A stretch of DNA of 63,735 nucleotides, the filler included, from Octopus bimaculoides (Eukaryota): the NCBI RefSeq assembly GCF_001194135.2. It is 7 parts of 7 records of this genome, joined end to end, with 100 filler letters (N's around TTAATTAATTAA, not from the genome) between each part and the next. Parts side by side here need not be neighbours in the genome. Positions count along the whole stretch, not along the records: positions 1 to 31,727 come from NC_068985.1; positions 31,828 to 36,066 come from NC_068998.1; positions 36,167 to 38,169 come from NW_026416663.1; 4 more parts are not named here. One strand, given 5' to 3'. Shown here piece by piece: positions 24,873 through 37,479 of the stretch. The notes beneath the pieces were generated by a model that ran no database searches, was not told the origin of the DNA, and saw nothing but the letters and a program-made list of their open reading frames with translations. Within the stretch, counting starts at the first letter, position 1. Every line of letters begins with the position of its first letter. A program made the position numbers and the translations under genes.

Positions 24873-25297
24873 ACATACATACATATATACATACAAACAA
24901 ACATACATACATACATACATACATACATACATACATGCAGATATTACATTTATGTGCATGTGTGTGTGTGTGTGAGTATGTGTGTATGTAAGTATGTACG
25001 TATGTATATACGTATGTATATGTATGTATATGTAATTATAAACAACATCACAGCCTATTTCAGATTCAGCTCAGGAAGCAATGTTTCTCTGTATTTTAAT
25101 TCCTGTTACACTCAGCCGGTCATAGTTCCTAATAAACACCATATATTATTTTCATGCTTTCTGTCAATGAAATACAGTCGTGTTGAAACATTTACTTAAA
25201 GGATTAAGTCAATCCTGCTCACTGTTGTGCATATTTCAGTTGGTTTTCTATTTCATCCAAATCAATTTGTGGAACTATTTAGCTACAGGTCATAAAC

Positions 25298-25347
<50 letters not shown>

Positions 25348-25515
25348 NNNNNNNNNNNNNNNNNNNNNNNNNNNNNNNNNNNNNNNNNNNNNNNNNNNNN
25401 NNNNNNNNNNNNNNNNNNNNNNNNNNNNNNNNNNNNNNNNNNNNNNNNNNNNNNNNNNNNNNNNNNNNNNNNNNNNNNNNNNNNNNNNNNNNNNNNNNNN
25501 NNNNNNNNNNNNNNN

Positions 25516-25559
<44 letters not shown>

Positions 25560-26526
25560 GGCTGCGTGCATGTATTTTATGTATATATACCGGGTTTCCG
25601 GCATACTAGCCCAATATTTCAGATGAGAATTTACAGCCCAAAAAAGAAGGTAGACATACACCAAGACAAATTTCAGAGCATAAAAAACTCCATGTGAAGT
25701 GCCTCAGGATTTGGAAAGATAGTGACAATGTTTGAATGTGTACACTCCATGTTTACCCAACTCGTATGCCGGGAAATATACTATATATATATAGTTTTTT
25801 TATTGAGAGGGTGCGTATGCCAATAGTAAACACACGCACTGGTTCTAGTTTACTTCATTCATTATTATTATTTCACCGTTTAAGTATTTAACCAATGAAC
25901 TAATCATTTGTTCGATTAATCATTTAATCAATCAATCAATCAATCAGGTAGGTGCGTAAGATTCGTTTTGTAGCTAAGCGAACCCTCAATAATGACATTT
26001 CTATGTGTAGAGAAGGTAGATCGTTCATGAGGTCATGAATAGCGACAGGATGACTCTAACAAAGCACGCTTATTGATTGAATACCCTTTAATAGTTGAAT
26101 GCCCCCATTAATAGATCAACTGATTAGCTAGTTAGTTAAACATGTTACCTAGCCCACATATAATAATAAAAGAAGTGAAATAGAAGCAGTGTTTGCATCT
26201 AATATTTTCATAGAGAATTTCCCAAGATACACAATATATTATATGTATAAATATAAATATAGATGCATCGCTCTCACTCTCACTCTCTCTCTCAATAAAT
26301 ATAAAAATATATATTTATGTATATATGTATATATATATATATATATNNNNNNNNNNNNNNNNNNNNNNNNNNNNNNNNNNNNNNNNNNNNNNNNNNNNNN
26401 NNNNNNNNNNNNNNNNNNNNNNNNNNNNNNNNNNNNNNNNNNNNNNCAAATAAGAGACGCGATATAAACCGTCTCCAAATTTCTTTCTGCATTTCAGGAT
26501 TTCATCAATAATGTCACTTTTTTTAC

Positions 26527-26569
26527 CCACTGGTGATAACAATCTTCTGTTTTCAGTCTTTACAGCTGT
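26527..26569 (-). CDS. Candidate 43-nt exon (TAVKTENRRLLSPV)
   Basis: TTTTTCTTTAATTGCTCTCAG| acceptor and TGG|GTAAAA donor. Ends in phase 1, matching the 21199 exon. Confidence 0.25.
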
Positions 26570-26998
26570 CTGAGAGCAATTAAAGAAAAATATCTTTCTT
26601 GTACGTGTTTCTACATTAAACGTATATTAATTTATCAACTGTTTATGTCTCATGTTATTTTGTCAGTAGATAATGACCCAAATCTTTTTTATCAATTTAA
26701 AAAGGTTGAAGACCTCATCTGTCCAAAGTACTATGATCTTAAAAAATGATTTTAAAACTGTAATTTTAGATTGAAAGGAGGAAAAGTTCTTGTGACATTT
26801 GTGGGACTTTCTCAAATTGGTGCTTAAAATATCTTTAAGGCACTTTAAATTGAAAACGTTTGTCGATTCATTTATAATATACACACACACACAAATGGAA
26901 TTGCATAAGCCGTCAGGCGAAACTTTAAAATACCAGTAGAAACGAAATTATAATTGAGTGTCCCCATTATAAACGTAAACACATTCGCACACACATGC

Positions 26999-27029
<31 letters not shown>

Positions 27030-27099
27030 TAGTGGTACACTCATGCACACATACGTACACACACACGCACGCGCGCACACACCCATACACCCACTCACA

Positions 27100-27270
27100 A
27101 ACATGGAATCTCAATTCCACTTTTAATAACATCATGTGGCTCGCCTTGACCAATAGCCATCTTAGACTTGACTCCCTGCATCTCTGCATTCGGACGCTGA
27201 ATCCAACGTACTAGGTTTCCATAAGGAACCTACGAAACCTTAAGTTGCGTGAGACCGAATCAACCTGGTT

Positions 27271-27275
<5 letters not shown>
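27100..27275 (+). mobile_element. Unclassified retroelement 3' end with (AAT)n tail; relative at ~24050-24135
   Basis: CATTCGGA...TAGGTT...TTAAGTTGC...ACCGAATCAA is shared between the two sites. Confidence 0.4.
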
Positions 27276-27303
<28 letters not shown>

Positions 27304-27540
27304 GCAACAACAACATTAATAATGATAATAATAACAACAATAATAATGATAATAATAACATACATGTATATATGTGTGCGTGTGTGTGTACATGTGGGTA
27401 AAGACACATATTTATACGTATGCATTTGTATGTATGTGTTTGTGCATGTGTTCGACTAAAGGCGGTGTTCCAGCATGGCCGCAGTCAAATGACTGAAATA
27501 CAAAATAAATAAATAAATAAATAAAATAAAAGAATATATA

Positions 27541-27838
27541 TCTTGCTTTGCGGGAAGGACTGTTCCAACGAAGTCTCGTATTGTCCTTGCCTTCGAAACG
27601 CGGAGTAGATGGAACAGGGACAACTGACGAAGGAGTATACTCTTTATGTTGCATGTCTCGTTTCTCTGTTTGTTTTTTTCGTTGTTCGAAAAAAGTTCGT
27701 TTTCTGTTTTCGTTTTTATGTTTTCCGTTTCTCATTTTGTTTAAGGTTCTTTTTTGTGTCTTGTACCCATATATGCATATATGTATACATATAGATGTAG
27801 GTATGTACATATATGTATGGATATATGCATATATCTAT
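27541..27838 (+). mobile_element. Repeat carrying the permuted hammerhead (probably a Penelope-like terminal repeat)
   Basis: T-rich 3' part is homologous to the reverse complement of 11400-11590. The CTGANGAAGG motif is typical of PLE hammerheads. Confidence 0.5.
27561..27635 (+). ncRNA. Candidate non-circularly permuted hammerhead ribozyme
   Basis: All core nucleotides are present (GTA, GAAA, CTGACGA). Stem I is 9 bp, stem II 4 bp, stem III 3 bp plus 3 more across a bulge. The strand order is not a circular permutation. Confidence 0.6.
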
Positions 27839-28088
27839 ATATTATTTATGTTATATATNNNNNNNNNNNNNNNNNNNNNNNNNNNNNNNNNNNNNNNNNN
27901 NNNNNNNNNNNNNNNNNNNNNNNNNNNNNNNNNNNNNNNNNNNNNNNNNNNNNNNNNNNNNNNNNNNNNNNNNNNNNNNNNNNNNNNNNNNNNNNNNNNN
28001 NNNNNNNNNNNNNNNNNNNNNNNNNNNNNNNNNNNNNNNNNNNNNNNNNNNNNNNNNNNNNNNNNNNNNNNNNNNNNNNNNTATATAT

Positions 28089-28200
28089 ATTTGAAGATAA
28101 GCAACAAAAATTCAATAGGTTATAGCACCTTTAAATATTTTAAAAAGTAAATATTTAAAGGTGCTATAACCTGTTGAATTTTTGTTGCTTATCTTCAAAT
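28089..28200. repeat. Near-perfect palindrome: 52-bp arms, 8-nt loop
   Basis: 28089-28140 equals the reverse complement of 28149-28200 with one mismatch. Confidence 0.9.
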
Positions 28201-28509
28201 TTTATTCACCAAATCTCTTGATTTTGTTTTTGGTTTTTACCCTACCAAATTCTGGTGCCTCAAACATTTTAAGTACCACATTTAATCTTTTGATTAAATC
28301 TATATTATATATATATATATACATACATAATATTATATTATATTGCTTTATATCATATATATCTATATGTATATATGTATATGTATCTATGTATGCATGC
28401 ATAAGTATGTATGTATTATGAATATGTTATGTATGTATGTATGTATGTATGTATGTATCAGTGAAACAAAAACAAGCCTTCCCTAAATAGTGAGCTTTGT
28501 AATACTTGA

Positions 28510-28670
28510 TACTGCAGTATTTTTGCATACATTACTAGGGGGTCCTGACTTGGTTATCCGCACCAGGGCTGTCGATTATGTATTGGGAGAAAACCTGTTT
28601 GTGCTGAATACGGGTAGCGGAGTGGCAAATTTCTTATCTGTGACCCATTCATATATTCTTCCCACTGTAA
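28510..28670 (+). pseudogene. Possible AP-endonuclease remnant of an old LINE
   Basis: RTRAVDYVLGENLFVLNTGS loosely resembles the NL.LNTGS motif of LINE APE domains. Confidence 0.25.
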
Positions 28671-29174
28671 GTTATATCATATGTTATATGTTAATTATAT
28701 TATATTATATGTTGTTCTTGTTATAGTTGTTTTATTTAAACAACTTTGACACCACGCCAGCAGCTGACTTCATCGACGGGACATATTAGAATATTTACTT
28801 TTTTTTGTACGTGATTTATTTCTCTTTGTATTTATTTAATTCATTTACTTATTGCTTTTATTGTTGTTGTTGTTGTTGTTGTTATTATTATTATTATTAT
28901 TACTTTGTTTTGAATATTCAAATTTAAGTCGAGATAACAAAGACAGGTCAGTTGTTTTCTCTTCGGGGTTTCTTTTTCACACATACAGAAGCGGTAAGGT
29001 GCAACTATAAAGGAGAACAGAATGAAAAACAACAAAAAACAAAAAAGCTAGAAAACACAAAAGAAAGGGCAACGTGACATTAAAATAAACAGAGAGATTT
29101 GGCAAGTGAAGGAACATCAGAAAAGGATGTACACACACACGCACACACGCACACATATGCGCGCGCGCGCATAT

Positions 29175-29552
29175 GTAATAAATGACAGAGAAATAGTTTG
29201 ATGAAATTTTATTTAACAGTAAGAAAATTCAAATATCACGACAAATTGTTTCGTGACTTAACAACATGTAAATAATTTATACTATTATATTTAATAATAA
29301 ATAAATTACGTACATGTCTGCATTAATGCGAAATGCAGAATATATTTCAAAATAAGCGACATCCTGATGATTTGAAAAATTTTTTTTTTTTCCTTTTACA
29401 TTAATACAGACATGAAAGTAATTCATTTATTACTAAATATAATAATATAAATTATTTACATGTTTTTAATTTACGAAACAATTTGTCATGATATTTGAAT
29501 TTTCTTACTGTTAAATAAAATTTGATCAAACTATTTCTCAGTCATTTATGAC
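29175..29552. mobile_element. AT-rich foldback/MITE with ~160-bp imperfect TIRs
   Basis: ATAAATGACAGAGAAATAGTTTGATGAAATTTTATTTAACAGTAAG... is inverted at 29400-29549. No clear TSD. Confidence 0.75.
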
Positions 29553-30672
29553 TTTACACACTCTTCTATTGTACTATTAGTTTTGTAGAATGATATATTA
29601 AGTAGCTTTTTTATGAGCATCTCCGGATTACTTGAATCCACTTATTGTGACTTAAATATATGTATATATATATATATAAATATATGCGCGTGTGTTTGTG
29701 TGTATGTTTATACATATATACATATACACATATGTATATATATATATATATATATATACATACATACATACATACATGGGATCATATGATTGGTCGTTAA
29801 TTTCCGTAAAAGTCTTTTAATTTCTTTATGCTTTGAAGAGAGCAGAAATTGAAAGAGAGGATAAAGTGTAAAAAACGATATTTGCTTTGAAGTGAAAGGA
29901 GAAAGCAGCAACAAAACAACATCCGTCCAGTTGGATAGCATCTTTGAGAAAAGCCTAGTTAGAGAAATTCGGCTTGAGAAATGTAACTACACAAGTGTTT
30001 TTGGTGATTTGTTTTCCATCTTTGAACCTTTCCGTTTTCAAAAATTATACCCGAAACGTCAAAAACTTTCTCTTCTTACCGAGCTTCAAACTAATACATT
30101 CTGTGTGCACGTCCTCTTGTTTGTTATTTAAATCGTTAATGTTCATGTATTTGATTTGAAATTTCACTTAGTTCCTTCGAGAGAGGGAATATGTGGAGAT
30201 GAGGATTGGGAAGTATCGGTGTCAGACAGACTGAGAATGAGGTTTTTGTTTACGGGGACAGGAAAATGGTTTTCGGTCAGGCAGACACGGACTGCTTTAG
30301 AGAGAAATATACTTATAAAAGTAAAAATAAAAAGTAAAATAAAATTAAATATAAATTACAAGAAGTAGACCGGGGAAGTTATTTTAAAACGAAGCAGGCG
30401 ATCTGTATACAGGTTGGTATGAATAGGGTAAACTGATGCATGAAGGGAGCGAGCGGAAGGAGGTGTGGGGAGGGAAGGTAGAAGGGCAAGGGAAACTGGA
30501 AAGGTAGAAGTCAGAGAGAAAAGAGAAACATACACACACAGACGCACGTACACACACACGCATTACACACACATACACACAAACGTCCTGAACCCCATAC
30601 TCACACACGCACAAAGAATAAATGATGGAAAATCCTGAAAAGTAAATTAAGAATATACACATATATTTAAGA

Positions 30673-30711
<39 letters not shown>

Positions 30712-30816
30712 TCCATATATATCTTTTACTTGTTTCTGTTATTAGACTGCGGCCATGCCTCTATCTATCTATCTATCTATCTCTCAATCTATCTATCTAT
30801 CTATCTCTCTCTCTAT

Positions 30817-30911
<95 letters not shown>

Positions 30912-31076
30912 CCTGTCTATCTGTCTATCTATATTCAGGTAGATACTTAGGTGAATTGATAGATAGACCAGTGTGTTAGAATGTAGGTATATTGGTAGGT
31001 GTGTGTACGTGTGTATATGTATAATATATGTGTGTATGTGTTTTAAGCTGTGTGTACGTATGTAATATATATATGA

Positions 31077-31128
<52 letters not shown>

Positions 31129-31828
31129 ACACATATACATATATAGAAGTACATTCATATATATATATATATATGTGTGTGTTTGTGTGCGTGCGTGTAT
31201 ATATATATATATATATGTATATGTATGTGGAGACGGTGGTCTTAATAATCAGATGAAGGTAAAATGGGGCGCGTGTGCGTGTGCGTGTGGTAGCAGGTGT
31301 TTTGTTAGTGTGGTCTCAAGAGTAAAAGAGGGTTTAGTAACGTTGACCACGAAGATTGTGATGATAATGATGATGATGATTGTCATGGAAGAGGCAATGG
31401 TGGTGGCGAGGACGAAGGTTATGATGATAGTGGTGGTGGTGGTGGTGGTGATAGTAATAAACGACAATGATGATGATGATGATGGTGATGATGATGGATA
31501 TGGTAATGCTAATGCCGATGATGATGTTAAAAATTGATTGTGAAAGACGATGTTAAAAGACGATGATAAACAATAACGACTATGTTGTTCGTGATGACGA
31601 TAGGTCATCACGAAGATGAAGGTCACAATTCAGCTGCTGATTGCCAGTATTGAGGGTGGTGACGACCAAGCGGAACGGTTCAGGAGGACGAAATTGCAAA
31701 AACCAAAAAAAAAAAACCAAAAAAAAANNNNNNNNNNNNNNNNNNNNNNNNNNNNNNNNNNNNNNNNNNNNTTAATTAATTAANNNNNNNNNNNNNNNNN
31801 NNNNNNNNNNNNNNNNNNNNNNNNNNNG

Positions 31829-31982
<154 letters not shown>

Positions 31983-32440
31983 GTTATTCTTGATACTCTT
32001 CTTTGACAATGATGGTGTTTTGACCGGCTTAATTGCTTCCATCTTTTTCTATATATATTTTTTTGATTAGTTTTTTTTTCTTTTGTTTTGTTACCGTCAC
32101 CTTACTCTAGCATGTCCTACATTACATCAGTCTTCACGTTTCTTCATACTCTGTTGCAGTAGCTCTGCGTTGCATTTTTCTCTCCCTACTTTTTCTCGCC
32201 CCCTAACAGACCCCCCCTACCCCCTCCACGCACTTCACTGCCTCTTTTCTTCCAATCACGATATTATCTCTTACATGTTAGCAAGCTTGTCACTATTTCA
32301 TTAATCACCACCTACATACATACATACATACATACACATATATACATATATACATAAACATACATGTATATATACGTATATATATACATATATATAAATA
32401 CATACATACACATATACATATATACATACACATACATATG

Positions 32441-32505
<65 letters not shown>

Positions 32506-33456
32506 NNNNNNNNNNNNNNNNNNNNNNNNNNNNNNNNNNNNNNNNNNNNNNNNNNNNNNNNNNNNNNNNNNNNNNNNNNNNNNNNNNNNNNNNNNNNNNN
32601 NNNNNNNNNNNNNNNNNNNNNNNNNNNNNNNNNNNNNNNNNNNNNNNNNNNNNNNNNNNNNNNNNNNNNNNNNNNNNNNNNNNNNNNNNNNNNNNNNNNN
32701 NNNNNNNNNNNNNNNNNNNNNNNNNNNNNNNNNNNNNNNNNNNNNNNNNNNNNNNNNNNNNNNNNNNNNNNNNNNNNNNNNNNNNNNNNNNNNNNNNNNN
32801 NNNNNNNNNNNNNNNNNNNNNNNNNNNNNNNNNNNNNNNNNNNNNNNNNNNNNNNNNNNNNNNNNNNNNNNNNNNNNNNNNNNNNNNNNNNNNNNNNNNN
32901 NNNNNNNNNNNNNNNNNNNNNNNNNNNNNNNNNNNNNNNNNNNNNNNNNNNNNNNNNNNNNNNNNNNNNNNNNNNNNNNNNNNNNNNNNNNNNNNNNNNN
33001 NNNNNNNNNNNNNNNNNNNNNNNNNNNNNNNNNNNNNNNNNNNNNNNNNNNNNNNNNNNNNNNNNNNNNNNNNNNNNNNNNNNNNNNNNNNNNNNNNNNN
33101 NNNNNNNNNNNNNNNNNNNNNNNNNNNNNNNNNNNNNNNNNNNNNNNNNNNNNNNNNNNNNNNNNNNNNNNNNNNNNNNNNNNNNNNNNNNNNNNNNNNN
33201 NNNNNNNNNNNNNNNNNNNNNNNNNNNNNNNNNNNNNNNNNNNNNNNNNNNNNNNNNNNNNNNNNNNNNNNNNNNNNNNNNNNNNNNNNNNNNNNNNNNN
33301 NNNNNNNNNNNNNNNNNNNNNNNNNNNNNNNNNNNNNNNNNNAATCTTTAGGTTCGATAACATAAAGTATCAGTCAAATACAGGAATCGAGGTAATCGAC
33401 TAACACAATTTCCTTTAAAATAGCTGACTTTGAGTCAAAATCTGAGTCCAGTGTTA

Positions 33457-33521
<65 letters not shown>

Positions 33522-33803
33522 TCGAATACCTGATGTCTTGTGCAGGACGAACCCGGTTATCAGCTGAATCCATTGTGAAGATTGGCCAAAAAGGAGAAGG
33601 GTTCTTGCCCTGTTGTTCAGGCACCCGTGGCTTTTGTGGGGTTTTTCCACGAAGACCTTAAAGCGTCTCCCTTATTGGGAGCTTTGATTTGTTCAATTTT
33701 TATTGTTACTACATTGTGTTTTTGTCTTTAATGTTGTTACATGTCTTTTAATGTTATTTTACGTAAGCCCTTGTGGCCAGAGACAGAATAAATTATTATT
33801 ATT

Positions 33804-34011
33804 AAGATGGCGAGCTGGCAGAATCGTTAGCACGCCGGGCAGAATGCTTGGCGGCATTTCGTTTGTTTTTACGTTCAAATGCCGCCGGGGTCGACTTTGC
33901 CTTTTACCATATCAGGGCTCGATAAAATAAGTACCAGCTGAGTAATGGGGTCGATGTAATCGACTATTCCCCTCCCCCAAATTTCAATCCTTGTGCCTTA
34001 GACTAGAAAGG

Positions 34012-34014
<3 letters not shown>
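33804..34014 (+). mobile_element. SINE F1, full length, followed by (ATT)n/(AGT)n
   Basis: GGCGAGCTGGCAGAATCGTTAGCACGCCGGGC...CTAGAAAGGATT. Confidence 0.85.
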
Positions 34015-34102
<88 letters not shown>

Positions 34103-35561
34103 GTGGTAGTAGTAGTAGTAGTAGTAGTGCTGGACACTGTCAGACCGTATTACTTACTCTGTTCTCTCAGGTCGATCCACTTAACTTCACCCAGATTGAC
34201 CAACGTCGCCGACTTTCCTCATAAACTCACACACACACACACACATACACACACTGACATATATACACACCTAGAACCATACAACTTGACACACACACAC
34301 ACACACACACACACAGCCACACGCACACACACACAGCTGCACACTTCTCTTCCCACCCACATAACTAAGTCGGTCTCTTTTCCTGCAGACATCATATCAG
34401 CTCGTNNNNNNNNNNNNNNNNNNNNNNNNNNNNNNNNNNNNNNNNNNNNNNNNNNNNNNNNNNNNNNNNNNNNNNNNNNNNNNNNNNNNNNNNNNNNNNN
34501 NNNNNNNNNNNNNNNNNNNNNNNNNNNNNNNNNNNNNNNNNNNNNNNNNNNNNNNNNNNNNNNNNNNNNNNNNNNNNNNNNNNNNNNNNNNNNNNNNNNN
34601 NNNNNNNNNNNNNNNNNNNNNNNNNNNNNNNNNNNNNNNNNNNNNNNNNNNNNNNNNNNNNNNNNNNNNNNNNNNNNNNNNNNNNNNNNNNNNNNNNNNN
34701 NNNNNNNNNNNNNNNNNNNNNNNNNNNNNNNNNNNNNNNNNNNNNNNNNNNNNNNNNNNNNNNNNNNNNNNNNNNNNNNNNNNNNNNNNNNNNNNNNNNN
34801 NNNNNNNNNNNNNNNNNNNNNNNNNNNNNNNNNNNNNNNNNNNNNNNNNNNNNNNNNNNNNNNNNNNNNNNNNNNNNNNNNNNNNNNNNNNNNNNNNNNN
34901 NNNNNNNNNNNNNNNNNNNNNNNNNNNNNNNNNNNNNNNNNNNNNNNNNNNNNNNNNNNNNNNNNNNNNNNNNNNNNNNNNNNNNNNNNNNNNNNNNNNN
35001 NNNNNNNNNNNNNNNNNNNNNNNNNNNNNNNNNNNNNNNNNNNNNNNNNNNNNNNNNNNNNNNNNNNNNNNNNNNNNNNNNNNNNNNNNNNNNNNNNNNN
35101 NNNNNNNNNNNNNNNNNNNNNNNNNNNNNNNNNNNNNNNNNNNNNNNNNNNNNNNNNNNNNNNNNNNNNNNNNNNNNNNNNNNNNNNNNNNNNNNNNNNT
35201 ACTACTACTACTACTACGCCTACTCTCACTACCACCACCACCACCACCACCACCACCATCACTACATCTCGTACTACCACTATTACTATAATCTGGGGTC
35301 ACTGAATGCTTTGATGAAAATATGAGATGGTCCTGGCTGGACTGTCTTCGATCGTAATTCATTCTGATGGGGAGTAACTCGGGATTAAACAACAATCGCT
35401 CCCCCACCCTCCCACACTACTTTCACCGCCACCACCACCACAAACACCACAAACACCACTAATTACACCAGCAACACCAACACCGCCATCTCCATGGCCA
35501 CCACCGCAACCACCGTCTCCTTGACCTCCATCATACTCAGCATCATCATCATCACCACTCC

Positions 35562-35621
<60 letters not shown>

Positions 35622-35624
35622 TTT

Positions 35625-36046
35625 TGACTGGTACTTTATTTTATGGAATCGGTGGGGACGCAGGGGTGGGGAGAAGGAAGAAGAGAGACACGAAAAAAAA
35701 CTTAAAGTCGGTGTTTCTAGGAATCGATCTCAGAATGTAATGATCCGTAATAAAATACTGCAAGGCATCTTCTCCGATGCTCTAACGGTTCTGCACCAGA
35801 CGTGGCCTTGTTCTTGTCCCACTGTTATTTTGGTTTCAAATTTTGGCACAAGGCCAGCAATTTCAAGAGAGGGGGCTATGCCGATTATATCGACCCTGCT
35901 ACTCAAACTGTTACTTATTTCATCGACCCTGAAAGAACGAAAGGCACAGTCGACTCAGCAGGAATCGAACTCAGAGCGCTCAGACTGGCGAAATACCAGT
36001 TGAGCACTTTGTCCAGCGTACTAACGGTTCTGCCAACTTGACGCCT
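35625..36046 (-). mobile_element. Two tandem F1-like SINE copies
   Basis: B-box remnants GGAATCGA(T/A)CTCAGA near 35720 and 35962, each with a CTAACGGTTCTGC head. Confidence 0.65.
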
Positions 36047-36303
36047 TTCTAGGCCAGCGGAGTGGCNNNNNNNNNNNNNNNNNNNNNNNNNNNNNNNNNN
36101 NNNNNNNNNNTTAATTAATTAANNNNNNNNNNNNNNNNNNNNNNNNNNNNNNNNNNNNNNNNNNNNTATATATATATATATATATATAAATGGAATAAAA
36201 ACACAATAGAGAACAATAAAAATGTTTGGACAGATAGACAATACAAAGGCAAACAAGAGAGACAACAATTAGAAGGACAGGTAATAAAAGATGGGTCATT
36301 CGT

Positions 36304-36372
36304 GGCCTTCTTTCTTCAGTCAAGTACCAGACGTCACAACCATTTCGGGCAATATAAAACTAAAGAAGGTGG
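36304..36372 (-). ncRNA. Decayed relative of the permuted hammerhead
   Basis: Minus strand CCACC-TTC-TTTAGT...GCCC-GAAA-TGGTTG...ACTTGA-CTGAAGA-AAGA-AGGCC shows the same strand order with imperfect stems. Confidence 0.35.
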
Positions 36373-36494
36373 CAGGCTGATGGAGCCATTAGCACACTGG
36401 GCAAACGTCTTAGTGGCAATTCATCCATCTTTATATTCTGAATTCAAATTTTAACTTTTGGACTTGCTTCTCTAATAGTATAGTATATGTTTCT

Positions 36495-36729
36495 TATTCC
36501 TTTATTGACCACAAGGGGCTAAACATAGAGGGGACAAACAAGGACAGACAAAGGGATTAAGTCGATTACATCAACCCCAGTGTGTAACTGGTATTTAATT
36601 TATCGACCCCCGAAAGGATGAAAGGCAAAGTTGACCTCGGCAGAATTTGAACTCAGAACGTAACGGCAGATGAAATACAGCTAAGCATTTCGCCCGGCAT
36701 ACTAACGATTCTGCCAGCTCACCACCTTT
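36495..36729 (-). mobile_element. SINE F1 variant with the alternative tail
   Basis: Full head; tail CCCCTTGTGGTCAATAAAGGAATA. Confidence 0.8.
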
Positions 36730-37479
36730 CCTAATAGTATATGTTTCTTCCATCCAAATTAATGTATGATTTAGTGATTTGCTAATGTGTATACATAAAA
36801 TTAATATAAACAGCANNNNNNNNNNNNNNNNNNNNNNNNNNNNNNNNNNNNNNNNNNNNNNNNNNNNNNNNNNNNNNNNNNNNNNNNNNNNNNNNNNNNN
36901 NNNNNNNNNNNNNNNNNNNNNNNNNNNNNNNNNNNNNNNNNNNNNNNNNNNNNNNNNNNNNNNNNNNNNNNNNNNNNNNNNNNNNNNNNNNNNNNNNNNN
37001 NNNNNNNNNNNNNNNNNNNNNNNNNNNNNNNNNNNNNNNNNNNNNNNNNNNNNNNNNNNNNNNNNNNNNNNNNNNNNNNNNNNNNNNNNNNNNNNNNNNN
37101 NNNNNNNNNNNNNNNNNNNNNNNNNNNNNNNNNNNNNNNNNNNNNNNNNNNNNNNNNNNNNNNNNNNNNNNNNNNNNNNNNNNNNNNNNNNNNNNNNNNN
37201 NNNNNNNNNNNNNNNNNNNNNNNNNNNNNNNNNNNNNNNNNNNNNNNNNNNNNNNNNNNNNNNNNNNNNNNNNNNNNNNNNNNNNNNNNNNNNNNNNNNN
37301 NNNNNNNNNNNNNNNNNNNNNNNNNNNNNNNNNNNNNNNNNNNNNNNNNNNNNNNNNNNNNNNNNGTGGTGAATATATTGTCTAAATTATGTAAAAATGA
37401 AAATAACACTGACATCTCATTTTAATAGATATATTTACCAAAATTACATAAAAATACCTTGAAATACTAAAGAGTAAAT

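Noticed and set aside
28989-28993. 5-nt plus-strand micro-exon (CAG|AAGCG|GTAAGG)
   Set aside because: Isolated, with no partner exons; such matches are expected by chance in 64 kb.
31772-31783. TTAATTAATTAA embedded in N runs (also 36111, 38214, 51203, 54615, 62467)
   Set aside because: Identical 12-mer between N blocks each time; best explained as a scaffolding spacer with stops in all frames, not biology.
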